Counted from the first letter of the stretch, positions 40,595 to 50,198 are shown. The stretch: 64,000 bases of DNA from Escherichia coli (GCF_013315695.1 NZ_CP054353.1), one strand, 5' to 3'. The notes: generated by a model not told the origin, from the letters alone. Made by a program: numbers and translations.

Positions 40595-40665
40595 AGCCTG
40601 CTTCTCCTGTCAACGCAAAGCAGAAGTGTCACCTTCGGTGCGAAACAGAGATGTCATGCTTTGGT

Positions 40666-40953
40666 TCAGAGAATGCGTTTGACCGCCTCGCTATATACTT
40701 CCGAGCGTTCTCTTTTCCCAACAGAAATCACGAAAACGACAACTTTCTCGTCTATAACCTGGTATACAAGGCGATAGCCTGAAGACCGGAGCTTAATCTT
40801 GTAACAATCAGGCATACCACGGAGCTTGTTTGCTTCAATCCGGGGTGACTCAAGTACTTCAACCAGCTTCTTTTTCAACTGTTCACGTACCGTCGAGCCC
40901 AGCTTTCGCCATTCCTTTAGTGCCCGCTCGTCAAAATCCAGAAAATACGCCAT
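40666..40953 (-). CDS. relE: RelE mRNA-interferase toxin
   Basis: 95 aa; MAYFLDFDERALKEWRKLGSTVREQLKKKLVEV... Confidence 0.9.
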   Translation of the reverse strand: MAYFLDFDERALKEWRKLGSTVREQLKKKLVEVLESPRIEANKLRGMPDCYKIKLRSSGYRLVYQVIDEKVVVFVISVGKRERSEVYSEAVKRIL

Positions 40954-41192
40954 CAGAGTTCATCCAGCGTCACACGTACTGGCTTAGGATTACGAAGCCG
41001 TTCTTTCACTATCTCCACAAGTTCAGCATCTTCATCACTCAGGAGTGTCTGTTTGAACGGCAAGCGTTCATTGTCAGCGATATACTCGAGCATGAGACGA
41101 AGCGCTTCAGAAGGAGTTACACCCATTTTTTCAAGCGCGGCGTAAGAACGCGCTTTAAGTTCATCGTCAATACGCAGGTTAATGCTACCCAT
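40953..41192 (-). CDS. relB: RelB antitoxin
   Basis: 79 aa; MGSINLRIDDELKARSYA...; overlaps relE start. Confidence 0.9.
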   Translation of the reverse strand: MGSINLRIDDELKARSYAALEKMGVTPSEALRLMLEYIADNERLPFKQTLLSDEDAELVEIVKERLRNPKPVRVTLDEL

Positions 41193-41216
41193 GTCTTACA
41201 CCTCTTGTAATTACAA

Positions 41217-41522
41217 ATGTCATTACAAGTATCGCACTACAACATGCTTAGGGCAAGTCACGAAGGAAGTCAGAAAGTAGTCGTAAGAACGGTGATCACT
41301 GTCCGCTTTGTGCCAGGAGCAGCCATTGCTAAGTCCATCCTGTATTGTGCAGGTCAGCTCGTTTTTAAAGAGTCCGGCCATCATCTTACTGGTACAGACA
41401 CCATATACTTTGTGACGGTCAGGCTACATATGCACAACTCAACTTATTCATCTATTTTTTGCTTTAGCATGTCAGTGTTGCTTTCTCGTCGGCGGGTGAG
41501 CGGTGACCTGACCTGTCGATAA
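41217..41522 (+). CDS. ydfV: hypothetical prophage protein (YdfV-like)
   Basis: 101-aa ORF divergent from relB; name by synteny only. Confidence 0.45.
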   Translation: MSLQVSHYNMLRASHEGSQKVVVRTVITVRFVPGAAIAKSILYCAGQLVFKESGHHLTGTDTIYFVTVRLHMHNSTYSSIFCFSMSVLLSRRRVSGDLTCR

Positions 41523-41724
41523 AGGAACGTAACACGTTTTATGCAACACCCGCATGCGGCAGAAAATTATTGCCGAACGTTTACCCCTGTCAACAAGCTT
41601 TACTTTCTGAGGCGCGCCAGCCCGCGAGGAAAACAATCTGAACATCAAACAATTAATGACACAAGAAATACGATTAAAGATTTTTTTGTGCATGCCGATA
41701 GTGCTTTTTTAAAAGGAGAAATCT

Positions 41725-42057
41725 ATGTCTGTCACAATTCAGGGAAATACCTCAACCGTTATTTCAAACAACTCCGCCCCGGAAGGAACATCAGAAATAG
41801 CCAAAATCACAAGACAAATTCAGGTGCTGACTGAAAAGCTTGGGAAAATCTCATCGGAAGAGGGGATGACGACACAGCAGAAAAAAGAAATGGCTGCATT
41901 GGTACAGAAGCAAATTGAAAGCCTCTGGGCTCAACTGGAGCAGTTGTTAAGGCAGCAGGCAGAGAAAAAGAATGAAGACGCGACAGTTCAGCCTGATAAA
42001 AAAGAAGAGAAAAAAGACGATACAAATACCGCTGGCACCATTGATATTTACGTCTAA
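41725..42057 (+). CDS. flxA: FlxA
   Basis: 110 aa; MSVTIQGNTSTVISNNSAPEGTSEIAKITRQIQVLTEKL... Confidence 0.85.
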   Translation: MSVTIQGNTSTVISNNSAPEGTSEIAKITRQIQVLTEKLGKISSEEGMTTQQKKEMAALVQKQIESLWAQLEQLLRQQAEKKNEDATVQPDKKEEKKDDTNTAGTIDIYV

Positions 42058-42071
42058 GTGACAGCCGTATT

Positions 42072-42095
42072 GTGGCCCTCATCGGGCCACTTTTC
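42072..42095 (+). terminator. rho-independent terminator after flxA
   Basis: gtggccc tcatc gggccac followed by TTTT. Confidence 0.55.
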
Positions 42096-42493
42096 GCCAT
42101 CAGCCTTTTCTTTAAAGACATATTATCTTTGTATCATTTCTGATAGTTAACATTACAAGATATAAGTAATGGACGCACTCCCAATTAGTCTATTTAAATC
42201 GCCACGAGTTTAACTGACAACCCATGATCAATTATGAATTGCAACTATTTCTGTAGTCACTTTTGTGGGGACAGTCCACAAAACTGCCAACTTCCGCTTC
42301 TTGCTCTTAGCGGACATTAGCATAGGCTATTTACCATAACGCCTCATTACGCGCACCGCCCAGACTGACTCAGCGCGTTTCTGGCATATCCCCGGTAAAA
42401 CAAGTAACAAACCACCCGAAAATGAACACCAGAAACGCGACTTAAGAATCTACCCTATGAATGGATATGCACTCAACCGAATCGATCTTGGTT

Positions 42494-43807
42494 TCAATCT
42501 TTTTTATCGGGATCAGGCTTCTTTTTAGGTAACTTCGGGGGCTTAACTTGCTGATGACTTTGCGTTCGGCGCGTAAGCCAGGGATGGTCAGCTTTAGGTT
42601 TAACATAGTATTTTGAGCGTAAATCAATACGGGCATTATCCACTCGTTCATGGACACTCTTTTCATCATCCAGTGGTATAGGCTCCGGGCCATCAACATA
42701 CTTTTCCCAGCCCAGCGCTTTCCCGTCATACAGAACGTTAATTTCACCGTCAAAGTTCTCGCATACAGTAACAACCGAATGCCTAAGTCGATATCCCCGG
42801 CCCTCACTGCGTACCTGAAACGCACTGCTTTTGTACTGGAAAGTGAGATTTTTAGACAGAACGCGCTTCGCCTGTAGGCTGAAGATATAACCCAGTTCCT
42901 CTTCAGAATGGTGCACATCAAGATGAGCATTATCAGTAGTACGAGGCGACGTAGCGAACCGGTTGTTATAGGCTTCAATAAAGGTCGGCAACCATGCATT
43001 TGCTGTTTCAATATCACTGATATTCTGAAGCCGCATTTCTTTGACCAGCCTGTCCTGTAGTGTCTGATTGGCGCGCTCTACCCGCCCTTTTGCCTGCGGG
43101 CTGTTGGCATGGATTGGCTCGATGCCCAGTGTCTTTATCGCACGAGTGAACTGGGTCAGCTCACCTTCCCGCTCTGGGTTATTTACCCTGAATATACTGT
43201 GTCTATCAGAGTAGAGAGCGAGCGGTACGCCATGATCATTAAGGTAACCCCGGAGGGTTTCCATGTAAGCCCGGGTTGTTTCAGCAGGCACAAAACGCAA
43301 CGCCATCAACGCACTGGTGGCATCATCAATGAAAACGATCAGTGTACATCTGGGGCCTCGATTTTCAAACCAGTCATGAGGTGAGCCATCAATCTGGATC
43401 AGTTCACCGTAAGATGGTCGTCGCATGCGGCGTTGATATATACGGGCAATTTTACGACGGCGTTCACGCCATAACCCCTCTTCTATCATCCACTTTCTGA
43501 GAGTTTCAACGGATAAAGATAAACCGTGTATCTCGCGCAATTTTTCGCACGCAAACGTAGGTCCAAAATCAGCGTAACGGCCTTTGAGGAGTGAAATTAC
43601 TGTTGCTCTGAATTCAGTAGAAAAGGAATTATTAGGACGCTTTCCACGTCGGTGGGAAACCAGAGCAGAAGGCCCTTCATTTCTATACCGTTGCACCAGA
43701 CGTTTAACCTGCCGAATAGAAATGCCAATGCGTGCCGCAGCTTGTTCCTGAATAATCTGAAGTCGGTGGAGTTCCTTATGACTCATCGTAACAGTCTCTT
43801 TGATCAT
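42494..43807 (-). CDS. DDE integrase-core (rve-like) transposase/integrase-like protein
   Basis: 437 aa; N-terminal HTH-like region then catalytic core (...LIQIDGSPHDWF...VFIDDATS...LYSDRHSIF...QAKGRVERANQTLQDRL...); no terminal inverted repeats found by eye. Confidence 0.6.
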   Translation of the reverse strand: MIKETVTMSHKELHRLQIIQEQAAARIGISIRQVKRLVQRYRNEGPSALVSHRRGKRPNNSFSTEFRATVISLLKGRYADFGPTFACEKLREIHGLSLSVETLRKWMIEEGLWRERRRKIARIYQRRMRRPSYGELIQIDGSPHDWFENRGPRCTLIVFIDDATSALMALRFVPAETTRAYMETLRGYLNDHGVPLALYSDRHSIFRVNNPEREGELTQFTRAIKTLGIEPIHANSPQAKGRVERANQTLQDRLVKEMRLQNISDIETANAWLPTFIEAYNNRFATSPRTTDNAHLDVHHSEEELGYIFSLQAKRVLSKNLTFQYKSSAFQVRSEGRGYRLRHSVVTVCENFDGEINVLYDGKALGWEKYVDGPEPIPLDDEKSVHERVDNARIDLRSKYYVKPKADHPWLTRRTQSHQQVKPPKLPKKKPDPDKKD

Positions 43808-44141
43808 GAAAAATCCCCCAGAGAATTGTCTGGGGACATTTTAGAATGGTTCAAAGGGGACATTACAGCTTGGTGTTAACAATAGCCTGCTTCTCCGTGC
43901 CTTTCGGCACGTAAGAGGCTAACCTACATGTGTCTAGCATGAAATTGGCCTCAGATTAATGTTAAGCGTCTTGCAGGACGCGTAATGTTAACTGGGGCTT
44001 TTCTCTATCTGCCGTTGGTGTCCATGCCCGAGGCAGATAGCCTCAAGCACCCGCAGTCATTCTACTTAACTAAGATTTCCCCGCAAACCGTTTTTGTCCA
44101 GCACAGTAAATATCCAACTAAACCAATGGAGTTCGCTGTAT

Positions 44142-44360
44142 TTACCGCCAGTATTCAATGCACATGACCGCCATGAACACCCCTAAAAAAAGGGCATTTA
44201 TATATCCAAATATTAATATCAAAACATCAACTTTTTCCATATACCTTGCTGTGAAGATGATGGGCATACATGATGCGAACAACCAGAACGCAACAAACAA
44301 AAACTGCAATGCGTTTTTCATTATTCCTCCTACAATCAATGTGCAATTACATTTAAACAC
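44142..44360 (-). CDS. hypothetical small membrane protein (2 TM)
   Basis: 72-aa ORF, very hydrophobic; AT-rich context; could be spurious. Confidence 0.25.
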   Translation of the reverse strand: MFKCNCTLIVGGIMKNALQFLFVAFWLFASCMPIIFTARYMEKVDVLILIFGYINALFLGVFMAVMCIEYWR

Positions 44361-44575
44361 ACCTCAATTTGGCCGGACATATAAATATCTAAACCAGAAA
44401 AAATCACTTACATAGCGTTACAAACTCTTTAGTCTAAAGGTTCATCGTAAAACATTCCCCATACTTATCAGTCCGTTCCGCGCCAGGTAGCTCATTGCCT
44501 TATCTGGCAACCTGTAATCAGGTTTCCGCTTTTTCAGTTGGCTGGTCGTTTAACCGACATAGTTAATCCATTAAT

Positions 44576-44863
44576 CTAGTTGCCGGATGTTGGTGGATTT
44601 TCGCGTTTTAGTTGTTCATAAAAGTGCACAGCTTTAACCAGTTCTTCTGATGTAACTGGGACTGGTGAGGCAGTGAATAAGGCCTGAATTTGATAGTTCG
44701 GCCTGTCGTTACAATCCTCTTTTTTCGGTACATATTTCCAGTCACCAGACCACTACTTCCCCTGAAAGTCCGTAACGCCTTTTTTTACGTAGCGATATCG
44801 CCATGCCACTGGTTTTGCTTGCCCCGCCGTTTCATGCCCTTCCTGATAATTAATCTCGCTCAT
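44576..44863 (-). pseudogene. small early-region gene interrupted by an in-frame TAG
   Basis: MSEINYQEGHETAGQAKPVAWRYRYVKKGVTDFQGK - TAG at 44753..44755 - WSGDWKYVPKKEDCNDRPNYQIQALFTASPVPVTSEELVKAVHFYEQLKRENPPTSGN. Confidence 0.45.
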
Positions 44864-45473
44864 TCATCGCCCCACTCATCACAATATGCTTCGACCGGAG
44901 TTTTTCCCGCTTCATAGTCATCACGCTAGGATTCGACATCAGCAGCACTTCCACCGCGTAACTCACCATAGTCCATTAATAGTTCATCCCGCTCTTCAAA
45001 ACTGATGTTATATTTAGCTGAACAAAAATCAGCCACTTTGTTCTTCCTCATCGTCTTTTATTTCGTGGTATGAGTAATTGCAGTAGTTAAAGAAAATTTC
45101 TTATGCTCCGTCATGAATTTCCTCAGGTGTTGCGTCATCGTCCACTTCGAATACATCCTCAAAATCTCCACCAGCTATTCCCGTTTCAATAATAATTTTG
45201 AACTTTCGCATTTCACTACCGCCCTTTCGGGCGGCCTCCTGATGTTCTGAGGGTGCAGAAATCCATCCGGTTAAGGATTAAATTTTATTTACAGAACTGA
45301 ATTTAATTATTCAGATATACGTATCTGTAGCCTTACGAATCTACTCACTGGATGCCTCTTTCATAAAAATAATCCAGTGGGTTTTATCGTTTTTTCCCTG
45401 TTCGTTGACAGATAACAGGTTTTCTGTCTGTCAGTGCCAGAATCTGGCTTACCGGTATTTGCGTTTCATTCCA

Positions 45474-45830
45474 TTAAAAAATCAGAACGCCGTGCGGCCT
45501 CAACACCCGAAAGGCTTCTTTAAATCTCTGTCGCGAATCATCACGCCAGGCATCTTTATTCAGCCGTCCATATTTCTTTCCCATCCAGGCGTTATCACCA
45601 ACACTCTCAAGATGCGGAGGGTCTAATACAACCATCGAAAAAGATGCGTCTGCAAATGATAATGCACGAAAATCTGCGATAATGTCAGGGCTGATAATCA
45701 AGCGTCTCCCATTGCGTAATGTGTATCCTTCTTTTCTGATATCGCTGAATATCGCCCGTTCGTCAGACTTATCGAACCAGAACATGCGGCTGCCACAGCA
45801 CATATCAAGAATGGTTGCCGGTGCACTCAC
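45474..45830 (-). CDS. putative DNA methyltransferase, unusually short (possibly truncated)
   Basis: 118 aa; SAM-binding-like LDMCCGSRMF and catalytic-like VVLDPPH motifs; start overlaps upstream gene stop. Confidence 0.45.
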   Translation of the reverse strand: MSAPATILDMCCGSRMFWFDKSDERAIFSDIRKEGYTLRNGRRLIISPDIIADFRALSFADASFSMVVLDPPHLESVGDNAWMGKKYGRLNKDAWRDDSRQRFKEAFRVLRPHGVLIF

Positions 45831-46249
45831 TGCGCCACGTCCTGAAAATTACCCTGATAGAAAGCCAGTATGCGCTGCATAACTTCGCTCTTCCGGCACT
45901 CGCGACAGATTATGTTTAGGCGACTGTCGTAGCGACGTATTTCTCCGTCAGGTGATGACCAGATAAGGTCCGGATCAACCACAGCAGGTTTCTTCACCTT
46001 TGCCCTCGAGAGTTTTTTGCGGGCGTTTTGCCAGTCCTTACGCGCCTGTTCAGAGGGGAATAACCCGTAGCCGGAGTTGTATACATCGCCACTGGCTACC
46101 AGCTCTCTGGCAAGAACGCTCATCAGATATCTAGTCGCACCTGTTTTAGCTTCCAGTTGCCGTAACGTCTCACGGCCGCTCTGGCGCACGAGTTCCACCA
46201 CCTGCCATTTAATTTTTTCCCGCTCTTCTTGTGTAAAAACTTTTGCCAC
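45827..46249 (-). CDS. hypothetical phage replication-region protein
   Basis: 140-aa ORF translationally coupled between the O-like gene and the methyltransferase. Confidence 0.4.
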   Translation of the reverse strand: MAKVFTQEEREKIKWQVVELVRQSGRETLRQLEAKTGATRYLMSVLARELVASGDVYNSGYGLFPSEQARKDWQNARKKLSRAKVKKPAVVDPDLIWSSPDGEIRRYDSRLNIICRECRKSEVMQRILAFYQGNFQDVAQ

Positions 46250-46289
46250 AAGTCCCCCTTAAAATTACCTCATGACCTGAAATCAACAC

Positions 46290-47309
46290 TTATCCTCTGA
46301 AACCAGGCGGAATTTCTGTATCCGGTTCAGAAATATGATTAACACAACGCTGTACAGGTGAACGTCCCAGGCGGATGACCAGTTCGTCCCATTTTTCGCG
46401 GAGCTTTGACGGGCTCATGATGTTTTTTACCCAGAATGGATCTCGCTGAACCCGACCAAACATTTCGCAAATTTGTCTGTGGCTTCTGCCATCCAGCATC
46501 CGCATTGTGCGCACGTCATTGGCCCAGGCAGTCCAGTTAGGCTCTTTTGGTCGCATGATCTCGCCATCATCACTGGCTGCCTGTTCGTAGAGACCCACGA
46601 TCCGCCCCCAGATCCACTGCGCACACGCCAAATCCTCCCTGCTACCCCACTGGCGTTTTTTCGCACTAAACACAACCGCGTCGGAGTTCCGGGTTAAAAA
46701 ATCCTGTTCAGTCGTCTGCGGGTCCGGTTGCGAAGCTTCCGGACGAAAAGTGTTTTTATTCTCTGTAGTAATCTCTGTTGTATTCTCTGTAAGATCATCA
46801 GGCCATTTTGACCCGATGACATTGGGTCGTTTTGAACCAATGGAGCGTTTCATTTTGACCTCTTCCATCGTGTCATTTTGACCTGATGGAGCGGCGCATT
46901 TTGAACCGATGGATTCGCTCAATTTGCCACCATCTAAAAGCTCGCTCCCATAGTTGATCGTGTAGAAATTGGTCATATCGCGCTTTGATTTATTGAGCTT
47001 TTCACAACGCAAAAGCCCCAGCGTTTTCAGACTTGCAAACGCGCGCTTTAACGTTGACTCTGACCAGAATGGGAACTGTTCCAGCCATTGTTCCGTTGTG
47101 TTATAAATCCAGCGAACACCATCACATTCCATGCCGGAGTTGGTATCTCTCAACCAGTAGTGCAGTTGTTGCAAAACAATGGCTTCGTTTAAGCCAATTT
47201 TCATTGCCAGCTGCGTGTTTATAACCAGTGGGCGTTCAGCAAAAAGAAGGCTCATAATTCCATCCAGCTTTTTGTTGGTATTGCTGTCGATACGCAAGTT
47301 TGAAAGCAA
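46290..47309 (-). CDS. replication initiation (O-like/replisome organizer) protein
   Basis: 339 aa; position immediately downstream of the cro-like/cII-position genes; acidic low-complexity linker; start uncertain (overlaps upstream ORF). Confidence 0.5.
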   Translation of the reverse strand: MLSNLRIDSNTNKKLDGIMSLLFAERPLVINTQLAMKIGLNEAIVLQQLHYWLRDTNSGMECDGVRWIYNTTEQWLEQFPFWSESTLKRAFASLKTLGLLRCEKLNKSKRDMTNFYTINYGSELLDGGKLSESIGSKCAAPSGQNDTMEEVKMKRSIGSKRPNVIGSKWPDDLTENTTEITTENKNTFRPEASQPDPQTTEQDFLTRNSDAVVFSAKKRQWGSREDLACAQWIWGRIVGLYEQAASDDGEIMRPKEPNWTAWANDVRTMRMLDGRSHRQICEMFGRVQRDPFWVKNIMSPSKLREKWDELVIRLGRSPVQRCVNHISEPDTEIPPGFRG

Positions 47310-47757
47310 TTGCTTTTTCTATAAGTTCGTCAGTTTCACGATCCACTACGGCAGGATCAGCAAAAAGCAGTCCGGACTCCACCACATCGCCATATTCTTT
47401 GTTTAACCCGGCGATCATGCACGTGATGCTTTTTCCGTCAGTAATTTCACGATACAACCTGAAATCATTAATCCGGATAGCCTCCATAATTGCAGGCACT
47501 AGCGCCGTGAACTTTTCACGCTTATCCCTAGTGTCGATAGCCTTCCAGCGTTCAAATATCTTCACTCGATTAACGCCAAGCGCTCGCTGATCAATCGCGC
47601 CACCTTCATATGTGACACGCTGAACATCGATGTTCGGGCGCTCTTTCAAAGCCCAGAATGCTTCAGTGATTAATATCGTCGCCTGCTCCTGTGTCATTCC
47701 TGGTCGACATATCCAGGCATCCAGAGCCTCACGAGCCTGTTCAGGAGTGATTTTCAT
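47236..47757 (-). CDS. hypothetical protein at the cII position
   Basis: 173-aa ORF directly downstream of dicC. Confidence 0.4.
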   Translation of the reverse strand: MKITPEQAREALDAWICRPGMTQEQATILITEAFWALKERPNIDVQRVTYEGGAIDQRALGVNRVKIFERWKAIDTRDKREKFTALVPAIMEAIRINDFRLYREITDGKSITCMIAGLNKEYGDVVESGLLFADPAVVDRETDELIEKAIAFKLAYRQQYQQKAGWNYEPSFC

Positions 47758-47971
47758 TGTTCAACCGCCCCGCCCGCTTCGTCTTACGATATTCATCATA
47801 AACTTTGGGATCATACTGAAGCTCCCCGCCAGATGCCTCCTGTAGACGCATCGCGCGACCTTCGGGAACTAAATCCCCTTTCCAGCTATAAAGCGAAGCC
47901 AAACGAATACCTGCTGCTTGTGCAAGTTTTGTTTTTGAACCGAAATACAAAAGAGCGTCAGTTTTAAGCAT
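47741..47971 (-). CDS. dicC: Cro-like repressor DicC
   Basis: 76 aa; MLKTDALLYFGSKTKLAQAAGIRLASLYSWKGD...; divergent from dicA. Confidence 0.85.
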   Translation of the reverse strand: MLKTDALLYFGSKTKLAQAAGIRLASLYSWKGDLVPEGRAMRLQEASGGELQYDPKVYDEYRKTKRAGRLNNENHS

Positions 47972-47987
47972 TTAAAACACCTTTATT

Positions 47988-48051
47988 GTTAGTCATAACT
48001 AACAAGATAGATGTTAACAAAAACATAGTCAATACGATTTAGCATTAGCTA
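47988..48051. promoter_or_regulatory. dicA/dicC divergent promoter-operator region with palindromic operator-like sites
   Basis: GTTAGTCATAACTAAC and TAGCATTAGCTA palindromes in the 83-bp intergenic region. Confidence 0.5.
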
Positions 48052-48054
48052 ACT

Positions 48055-48462
48055 ATGGAAACAAAAAATTTAACTATCGGCGAACGCATCAGGTATCGTC
48101 GGAAAAACCTCAAACACACCCAAAGGTCTCTTGCTAAAGCCCTGAAAATCTCCCATGTGTCTGTATCACAATGGGAACGGGGTGATAGTGAACCTACAGG
48201 GAAGAACCTTTTTGCCCTCAGCAAAGTATTGCAATGCTCACCAACATGGATTCTATTTGGCGATGAAGACAAGCAACCAACACCACCTGTTGAGAAGCCA
48301 GTTGCCTTATCCCCCAAAGAACTAGAGCTCCTTGAGCTGTTTAATGCACTGCCAGAATCAGAACAGGATACCCAGCTCGCCGAAATGCGAGCTCGAGTAA
48401 AAAACTTCAATAAACTCTTTGAAGAATTACTAAAAGCCCGTCAGCGGACAAATAAAAGATAA
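48055..48462 (+). CDS. dicA: repressor DicA (cI-like, HTH_XRE)
   Basis: 135 aa; METKNLTIGERIRYRRKNLKHTQRSLAKALKISHVSVSQWERGD... Confidence 0.9.
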   Translation: METKNLTIGERIRYRRKNLKHTQRSLAKALKISHVSVSQWERGDSEPTGKNLFALSKVLQCSPTWILFGDEDKQPTPPVEKPVALSPKELELLELFNALPESEQDTQLAEMRARVKNFNKLFEELLKARQRTNKR

Positions 48463-48497
48463 CATCATCAATGAGTTATCTTTTACCACATCAATTA

Positions 48498-48550
48498 TGT
48501 TAGCTATAGCATACAAAATCACTTGACCGATATGTTAGTCATGGCTAATC
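48498..48550. promoter_or_regulatory. second pair of operator-like palindromes upstream of ydfA/dicB operon
   Basis: TTAGCTATAGCATA and TTAGTCATGGCTAA, same half-sites as the dicA/dicC intergenic sites. Confidence 0.45.
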
Positions 48551-48628
48551 TTGTTTGCATCAACACACCGCACGGTGTTCTCAGCAAACAGTTCCGCTAC
48601 CCCAGCGTTAAGGGGAAATGAGGTCAGC

Positions 48629-48784
48629 ATGGATACTATCGATCTTGGCAACAACGAATCTCTGGTGTACGGCGTGTTTCCAAACCAGGACGGCACGTTC
48701 ACCGCAATGACGTATACCAAAAGCAAAACGTTTAAAACCGAAAATGGTGCCCGTCGCTGGCTGGAAAGAAACTCAGGTGAGTGA
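48629..48784 (+). CDS. ydfA: small protein YdfA (51 aa)
   Basis: MDTIDLGNNESLVYGVFPNQDGTFTAMTYTKSKTFKTENGARRWLERNSGE. Confidence 0.75.
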   Translation: MDTIDLGNNESLVYGVFPNQDGTFTAMTYTKSKTFKTENGARRWLERNSGE

Positions 48785-48785
48785 T

Positions 48786-48914
48786 ATGGATTTCGACACA
48801 ATCATGGAAAAGGCTTACGAAGAATACTTCGAAGGCCTTGCCGAAGGCGAAGAAGCTCTCAGCTTCAGTGAGTTTAAACAGGCGCTTTCCAGTTCGGCAA
48901 AATCTAACGGCTGA
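48786..48914 (+). CDS. ydfB: small protein YdfB (42 aa)
   Basis: MDFDTIMEKAYEEYFEGLAEGEEALSFSEFKQALSSSAKSNG; below ORF-track cutoff. Confidence 0.65.
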   Translation: MDFDTIMEKAYEEYFEGLAEGEEALSFSEFKQALSSSAKSNG

Positions 48915-48943
48915 TAAGCGAAACAGCACCGCGAGGAATCAGT

Positions 48944-49162
48944 ATGCAGAAACGAGAACCCGTCATCATCGCGCCAGACTATACCGATGATGAACTTTAT
49001 GAGTGGATGCGCCAGAAAATTAATGCAGCGCAGGATCTGAAATGGGCTAATGAAGCCAGGGCTAAGCAGGCTGAAAATCTGTTCTCTCTGGAGCAGGATA
49101 TCACCAGGCTGGAAAAAGCAGCGGCATTAAGCATTGCCAGAATGATTACATACCCGCGTTAA
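48944..49162 (+). CDS. ydfC: small protein YdfC (72 aa)
   Basis: MQKREPVIIAPDYTDDELYEWMRQKINAAQDLKWANEARAKQ... Confidence 0.75.
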   Translation: MQKREPVIIAPDYTDDELYEWMRQKINAAQDLKWANEARAKQAENLFSLEQDITRLEKAAALSIARMITYPR

Positions 49163-49502
49163 TAGCTAACCAACGAAGCTAAGGTTGGTAATTAAGGAGT
49201 TCTCCACGGGTGAGGTGGAGTGCGTGCGCCGGACACGGGTGAGCATCCGGCACTGACAGTTTACTGAAAGGATATTTCCATGAAAAGTCAGACCATAACG
49301 CGAAAGCGCACGGCGAGGTAGCTGGTTCATAGATAGCCTGTCGTTAAATTTTCGTCGACCGTGCGCTTCCGGTTGTGGCAACCCGCGAAATGGCGCGGCG
49401 GTAAGTATGGCGGGGTTATTCCTTCCCCGTTGAGGACACCGGGTTGTCAGGTTGACCATACGCTTAAGTGACAACCCCGCTGCAACGCCCTCTGTTATCA
49501 AT

Positions 49503-49560
49503 TTTCTGGTGACGTTTGGCGGTATCAGTTTTACTCCGTGACTGCTCTGCCGCCCTTTTT
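49503..49560 (+). ncRNA. dicF: DicF small RNA (cell-division inhibitor, ftsZ antisense)
   Basis: TTTCTGGTGACGTTTGGCGGTATCAGTTTTACTCCGTGACTGCTCTGCCGCCCTTTTT: hairpin plus U-run, matches DicF as remembered. Confidence 0.8.
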
Positions 49561-49729
49561 AAAGTGAATTTTGTGATGTGGTGAATGCGGCTGAGCGCAC
49601 GCGGAACAGTTAAAACCAAAAACAGTGTTATGGGTGGATTCTCTGTATCCGGCGTTAATTGTTAACTGGTTAACGTCACCTGGAGGCACCAGGCACTGCA
49701 TCACAAAATTCATTGTTGAGGACGCGATA

Positions 49730-49918
49730 ATGAAAACGTTATTACCAAACGTTAATACGTCTGAAGGTTGTTTTGAAATTGGTGTCACTATCAGTAACCC
49801 AGTATTTACTGAAGATGCCATTAACAAGAGAAAACAAGAACGGGAGCTATTAAATAAAATATGCATTGTTTCAATGCTGGCTCGTTTACGTCTGATGCCA
49901 AAAGGATGTGCACAATGA
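49730..49918 (+). CDS. dicB: cell-division inhibitor DicB (62 aa)
   Basis: MKTLLPNVNTSEGCFEIGVTISNPVFTEDAINKRKQERELLNKICIVSMLARLRLMPKGCAQ. Confidence 0.85.
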   Translation: MKTLLPNVNTSEGCFEIGVTISNPVFTEDAINKRKQERELLNKICIVSMLARLRLMPKGCAQ

Positions 49919-50106
49919 ATTCAGCATTTGTGCTTGTTCTGACAGTTTTTCTTGTTTCCGGAGAGCCAGTTGATATTGCAGTCAGTGTTCACAGGACAAT
50001 GCAGGAGTGTATGACTGCAGCAACCGAACAGAAAATTCCCGGTAACTGTTACCCGGTCGATAAAGTTATTCACCAGGATAATATCGAAATCCCGGCAGGT
50101 CTTTAA
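49915..50106 (+). CDS. ydfD: small membrane protein YdfD (63 aa)
   Basis: MNSAFVLVLTVFLVSGEPVDIAVSVHRTMQECMTAATEQKIPGNCYP... Confidence 0.75.
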   Translation: MNSAFVLVLTVFLVSGEPVDIAVSVHRTMQECMTAATEQKIPGNCYPVDKVIHQDNIEIPAGL

Positions 50107-50198
50107 AACAGTTCCGTAATAAATATCCGGTTTCATTCTTATATGCCAACAATGGCAGGGATTTGTTCATCCTTAAATCTGTCATGAGGTTAAAACAA

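Noticed and set aside
42250-43870. Terminal inverted repeats defining an IS around the 437-aa DDE gene
   Set aside because: The recurring motif (TGGGGACA) is in direct, not inverted, orientation; no target duplication identified.
49166-49501. 111-aa minus-strand ORF between ydfC and dicF
   Set aside because: Lies in the region that gives rise to DicF; no RBS; product looks like random sequence.
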